Origin: Cyanophyceae cyanobacterium
Lineage (GTDB): Bacteria; Cyanobacteriota; Cyanobacteriia; Cyanobacteriales; JBHJGN01
DNA: 64,000 nucleotides
NCBI GenBank assembly: GCA_050331735.1
Contig: JBHJGN010000037.1
Location: 32,001 to 96,000 of the forward strand
Direction of reading: 5' to 3'
In this document: one piece after another, positions 61,167-64,000 of the stretch
How positions within the stretch are numbered: the first letter of the stretch is position 1
Layout of the letters: each line of letters starts with the position of its first letter
Notes under the pieces: model-generated
What the model saw: only the letters and a program-made list of their open reading frames with translations
Told to the model about the DNA's origin: nothing
Database searches by the model: none
Program-made: the position numbers and the translations under genes

Positions 61167-61991
61167 CTACAGAATCTTTTCTAGCCCATAAACGAGGGAT
61201 TTAAGCTGGGTGACTTTACGGATGGCCAGTAAGACGCCAGGCATATAGCAGGCACGGTCAGTGGTATCGTGGCGGAGGGTATAGAGTTCACCGGGAGCAC
61301 CAAAAATGAGCTCTTGGTGGGCAATCAAGCCGGGTAAGCGGATGCTGTGAATGGGGATATTGGCGTCGGCCAGTCCTCCTCTCGCTCCCGGCAGTTTTTC
61401 AGTGGCTTCCACAGCGGCGGGATTATAGCTTTTCCCAAGTTCCGCCAGCATTTGAGCCGTTTTGAGGGCGGTTCCGCTAGGAGCATCAGCTTTCTGGTTG
61501 TGGTGCAGCTCGATAATTTCTACATGGTCAAAATACTGGGAAGCAGCGATCGCTGCCTGCTGGAGGAGCACCATCCCAATCAAAAAGTTGGGGATGATCA
61601 AGGCTCCGGTGCTGGCTTTTTCGGCAAAGTCGGCCAGCTCTCCGAGCTGTGTGGGACTCAACCCGGTGGTGCCAACAACAGGTCGCACTCCGTAGGCGAT
61701 CGCCGTGCGCACATTTTCATAAACGCTATCGGGATGGGTAAAATCCACCATTACCCCCTGAATTGTTTCCTGAGTTGCCATCACCAGAATTCCCTGGAGA
61801 TCGTTGACAATCGGCACTTCTACAGCACCAATCCCGACGACTTCCCCCACATCTTGACCCACCGTTTCCGGGTGGCGAGCTACTGCTCCCAGAAGCATCA
61901 GATCTTCTGCTCGAGTAACGGCTTTGATGACCTCACGTCCCATCTTTCCGGTAGCGCCGTTAACCACTACGGGAATGCGATCCTTCGTCAT
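61167..61991 (-). CDS. dapB: 4-hydroxy-tetrahydrodipicolinate reductase
   Basis: [30 protein letters not shown]. Confidence 0.97.
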   Translation of the reverse strand: MTKDRIPVVVNGATGKMGREVIKAVTRAEDLMLLGAVARHPETVGQDVGEVVGIGAVEVPIVNDLQGILVMATQETIQGVMVDFTHPDSVYENVRTAIAYGVRPVVGTTGLSPTQLGELADFAEKASTGALIIPNFLIGMVLLQQAAIAASQYFDHVEIIELHHNQKADAPSGTALKTAQMLAELGKSYNPAAVEATEKLPGARGGLADANIPIHSIRLPGLIAHQELIFGAPGELYTLRHDTTDRACYMPGVLLAIRKVTQLKSLVYGLEKIL

Positions 61992-62201
61992 TCGTGATTT
62001 GTCCTTTGTCCTTTGTCATTAGAATAACAAGAACGAGCTAGAGAAAATAAACCGCTTCGACGGTAATCTGTTCTGCTTCCGGCCTTAGCCTGACAAAGTA
62101 AAGGCCAACGACAGGGGACTCATCACTGATTTTTTGCTGTAGTCTTGGCTGCCGTAAATGAGAATGATATACTAATTAGACCAAAAACCGGGCATCCCGC
62201 G

Positions 62202-63335
62202 ATGGCTACAGCAACGGAGCTAAAACAGGTCTGGCGCTCTCGTTTGGGGCAGGAGTGTTCCGACCAGAGTCAGCAGGCGCAAATCAGTATTGTATGTTGG
62301 CTACTGGGGGAAACGCCGTTTGAACAGCTTGAACCGCATCAGGTGATAGTTGCTCGACAGGCAATGGAGCATCGCTATCGAATTCTGCGCCAGCGCTACT
62401 TAGGAGTATCCTCCTCCCAGGCTTATCGTCATCTAATGAATCGTCTGGGGAGCTTAACAGTGCTGCGTAGCAAGATCTATCGGTGGGTTGCTCTCAGTCG
62501 TGATCGCCAACGAGCTGTCACCGATGTTCTTGAAGAACTGATTCAGGAAATGCTCAAGCGCGATCGCTATCTGCAACAGCAGATGACTCGTATTGCTCAA
62601 TATACTCAGGCTTTACCAGCGCAAGAGCAGAGGCGACTGCGGGATAGTCTGTTGCTAGCTACGGTTGAAGAATACTGCTTGCGTCCTATTCATCATCAGC
62701 CCCTCGTTGTCTATCGCTTTGTTAACTACCTGCGTCGTCAGGAACGCAGTGGCATCACTCAGGTTCCCCGTCAAGAAACAGTCCGCACAATTTCGGAAGA
62801 AACGAATTCTGAATCTGCCGTCAGTCTGCTGGATATTGCCGCTAGCACTCCCGGTCAGGAAAAAGCTTGGGAGGAACAGGTGATGCGAGCGCAGGTGCAG
62901 CAGGAGTTTGAAGGCTATCTATTCAAGCAGCTAGGAGAGAGGGCGGTTCAGTGGCTCAGGCTTTATCTTCAGGGACAATCTCCAGAGGCTATTGCAAGAG
63001 CGCTCCAGTTACCGATTCAGCAGGTTTATCGCTTACGGGAAAAGGTGATCTATCATGCCTCGCGAGTTGCCATTAAAGTGAACCCAGAGCTGGTTGCAAG
63101 TTGGCTAGAAACCTCCCTTCAAGACCACAGCTTAGGGCTTACTCAATCCCAGTGGCAGGAGTACTGGCAAAGCCTCGATGCTGACCAACATCAACTGCTC
63201 GCTAGCCTGAAGCTTGGCATTTCTTTAGAGAAGATCTCTCAAGATTTTGACTGGAAAACGAGCAAAACCGTACAAGAGTGGAGTAAGCTATATCAGGCCG
63301 CTCAGCAGTTGCGGAATGCTTCAGCTAAGCTCTAA
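62202..63335 (+). CDS. HetZ-related protein (type 2)
   Basis: WRSRL..EC...SIV.WLLG, YRILRQRYL, SRDRQR.V.DV..E..QEM, WLRLYLQG, VYRLREK. Start taken at MATA. Confidence 0.7.
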   Translation: MATATELKQVWRSRLGQECSDQSQQAQISIVCWLLGETPFEQLEPHQVIVARQAMEHRYRILRQRYLGVSSSQAYRHLMNRLGSLTVLRSKIYRWVALSRDRQRAVTDVLEELIQEMLKRDRYLQQQMTRIAQYTQALPAQEQRRLRDSLLLATVEEYCLRPIHHQPLVVYRFVNYLRRQERSGITQVPRQETVRTISEETNSESAVSLLDIAASTPGQEKAWEEQVMRAQVQQEFEGYLFKQLGERAVQWLRLYLQGQSPEAIARALQLPIQQVYRLREKVIYHASRVAIKVNPELVASWLETSLQDHSLGLTQSQWQEYWQSLDADQHQLLASLKLGISLEKISQDFDWKTSKTVQEWSKLYQAAQQLRNASAKL

Positions 63336-63458
63336 AGCTGCTGACTCAATGATGGGGAGCAAAGCTCGTCGCTTATTCGGATTTACTCCCCGCTAGCCCA
63401 AAAACTCCATTGTTACTAAAAGTAACAGCTCCCTTGACGAATCACTCGCTTCAGCTTA

Positions 63459-63893
63459 CTATTCTTGATTCTCTCCGACAACTTGAGTTTTCAGAGCATC
63501 AAACTCGGCGACTAGCTCCTGACGAGTCGAGGCTCGCAGCAGGTAGCGATAGGTGAACCACGCGCTATATCCCAGTCCAACAAGCTCAAAAACGGGTGCC
63601 AGCAACGGAATATTATTGATAGCATCCAAGACTGCTAGCGTAACGTAGACAGTGACGGCAACGGACAGCAGTAGCAGCAGATTGAGGAGGGGCTTGCGAT
63701 AGTCGGAAAAGAAATTAGCAATTTCCTCAGTGATTCGAGATAAATAGCCAACAGCAATGTCAACCCACTCCTGCCATACTGGTTCTGTAGAGGGAGCATC
63801 AGCCGGAACAATAGCTCCGGTTTCCGTGTTGATCGCTGCCGACTGTTGCGCATCTGCAACTGTCGTTTCGGTTGGTTGAACTTTAGATTCCAT
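63459..63893 (-). CDS. curT: CAAD/CURT1 thylakoid curvature protein
   Basis: AVLDAINNIPLLAPVFELVGLGYSAWFTYRYLL...RQEL. Confidence 0.85.
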   Translation of the reverse strand: MESKVQPTETTVADAQQSAAINTETGAIVPADAPSTEPVWQEWVDIAVGYLSRITEEIANFFSDYRKPLLNLLLLLSVAVTVYVTLAVLDAINNIPLLAPVFELVGLGYSAWFTYRYLLRASTRQELVAEFDALKTQVVGENQE

Positions 63894-64000
63894 CGTTAAC
63901 CTCTTATACGATTATGAACAGTATTTTACTAAGAAGACAGTCAGAGAGAAATTTAACCTGACTGGCTTTTGCCCATATTACCAAACCCGTTTAGTTGCTT

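Noticed and set aside
61347..61997. 216-aa plus-strand ORF and similar antisense or overlapping ORFs across the window
   Set aside because: Shadow frames of well-supported genes (here dapB) with no recognisable motifs.
62202..63335. Evidence of heterocyst differentiation from the HetZ-related and PatA-like genes
   Set aside because: Both families also occur in non-heterocystous cyanobacteria, and PatA here is in a taxis operon.

Overview
Chromosomal window of a cyanobacterium, judged from the frequent HIP1 octamer GCGATCGC and from psbH/psbN/psbU/psb27, por and curT. Most of it is housekeeping or regulatory: the start of a PatA-CheY-CheW taxis operon, dtd, cysS, tatA, nadB, a cysteine synthase, mutS, aroA, gap, rpmB, dapB, tRNA-Leu(TAG), a probable 6S RNA, and pirA and psbN, which the ORF track missed. 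The main accessory block (about 22.0-31.1 kb, minus strand) is a complete Trypco1 / trypsin-VMAP / MoxR / vWA-FGE-sulfatase conflict-type operon, preceded by two stand-alone FGE-sulfatase (C-type-lectin-fold) genes and a Uma2 nuclease. All three FGE domains end in a colinear hypervariable cassette with the codon signature of diversity-generating retroelement (DGR) targets. Two of them also share a 3' motif and a DNA hairpin whose core is inverted between copies. I found no reverse transcriptase or template repeat in the window, so they would be remote targets. A second accessory spot is a decayed IS200/IS605 element inside a DUF3179 gene: tnpA is dead, tnpB keeps its catalytic residues but carries a ~51-bp in-frame insert, and the right end appears deleted with flanking host DNA. 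A solo copy of its left end lies at about 50.3 kb. An orphan MysB-like O-methyltransferase is also present. All family assignments are motif recognition by eye; no searches were run.
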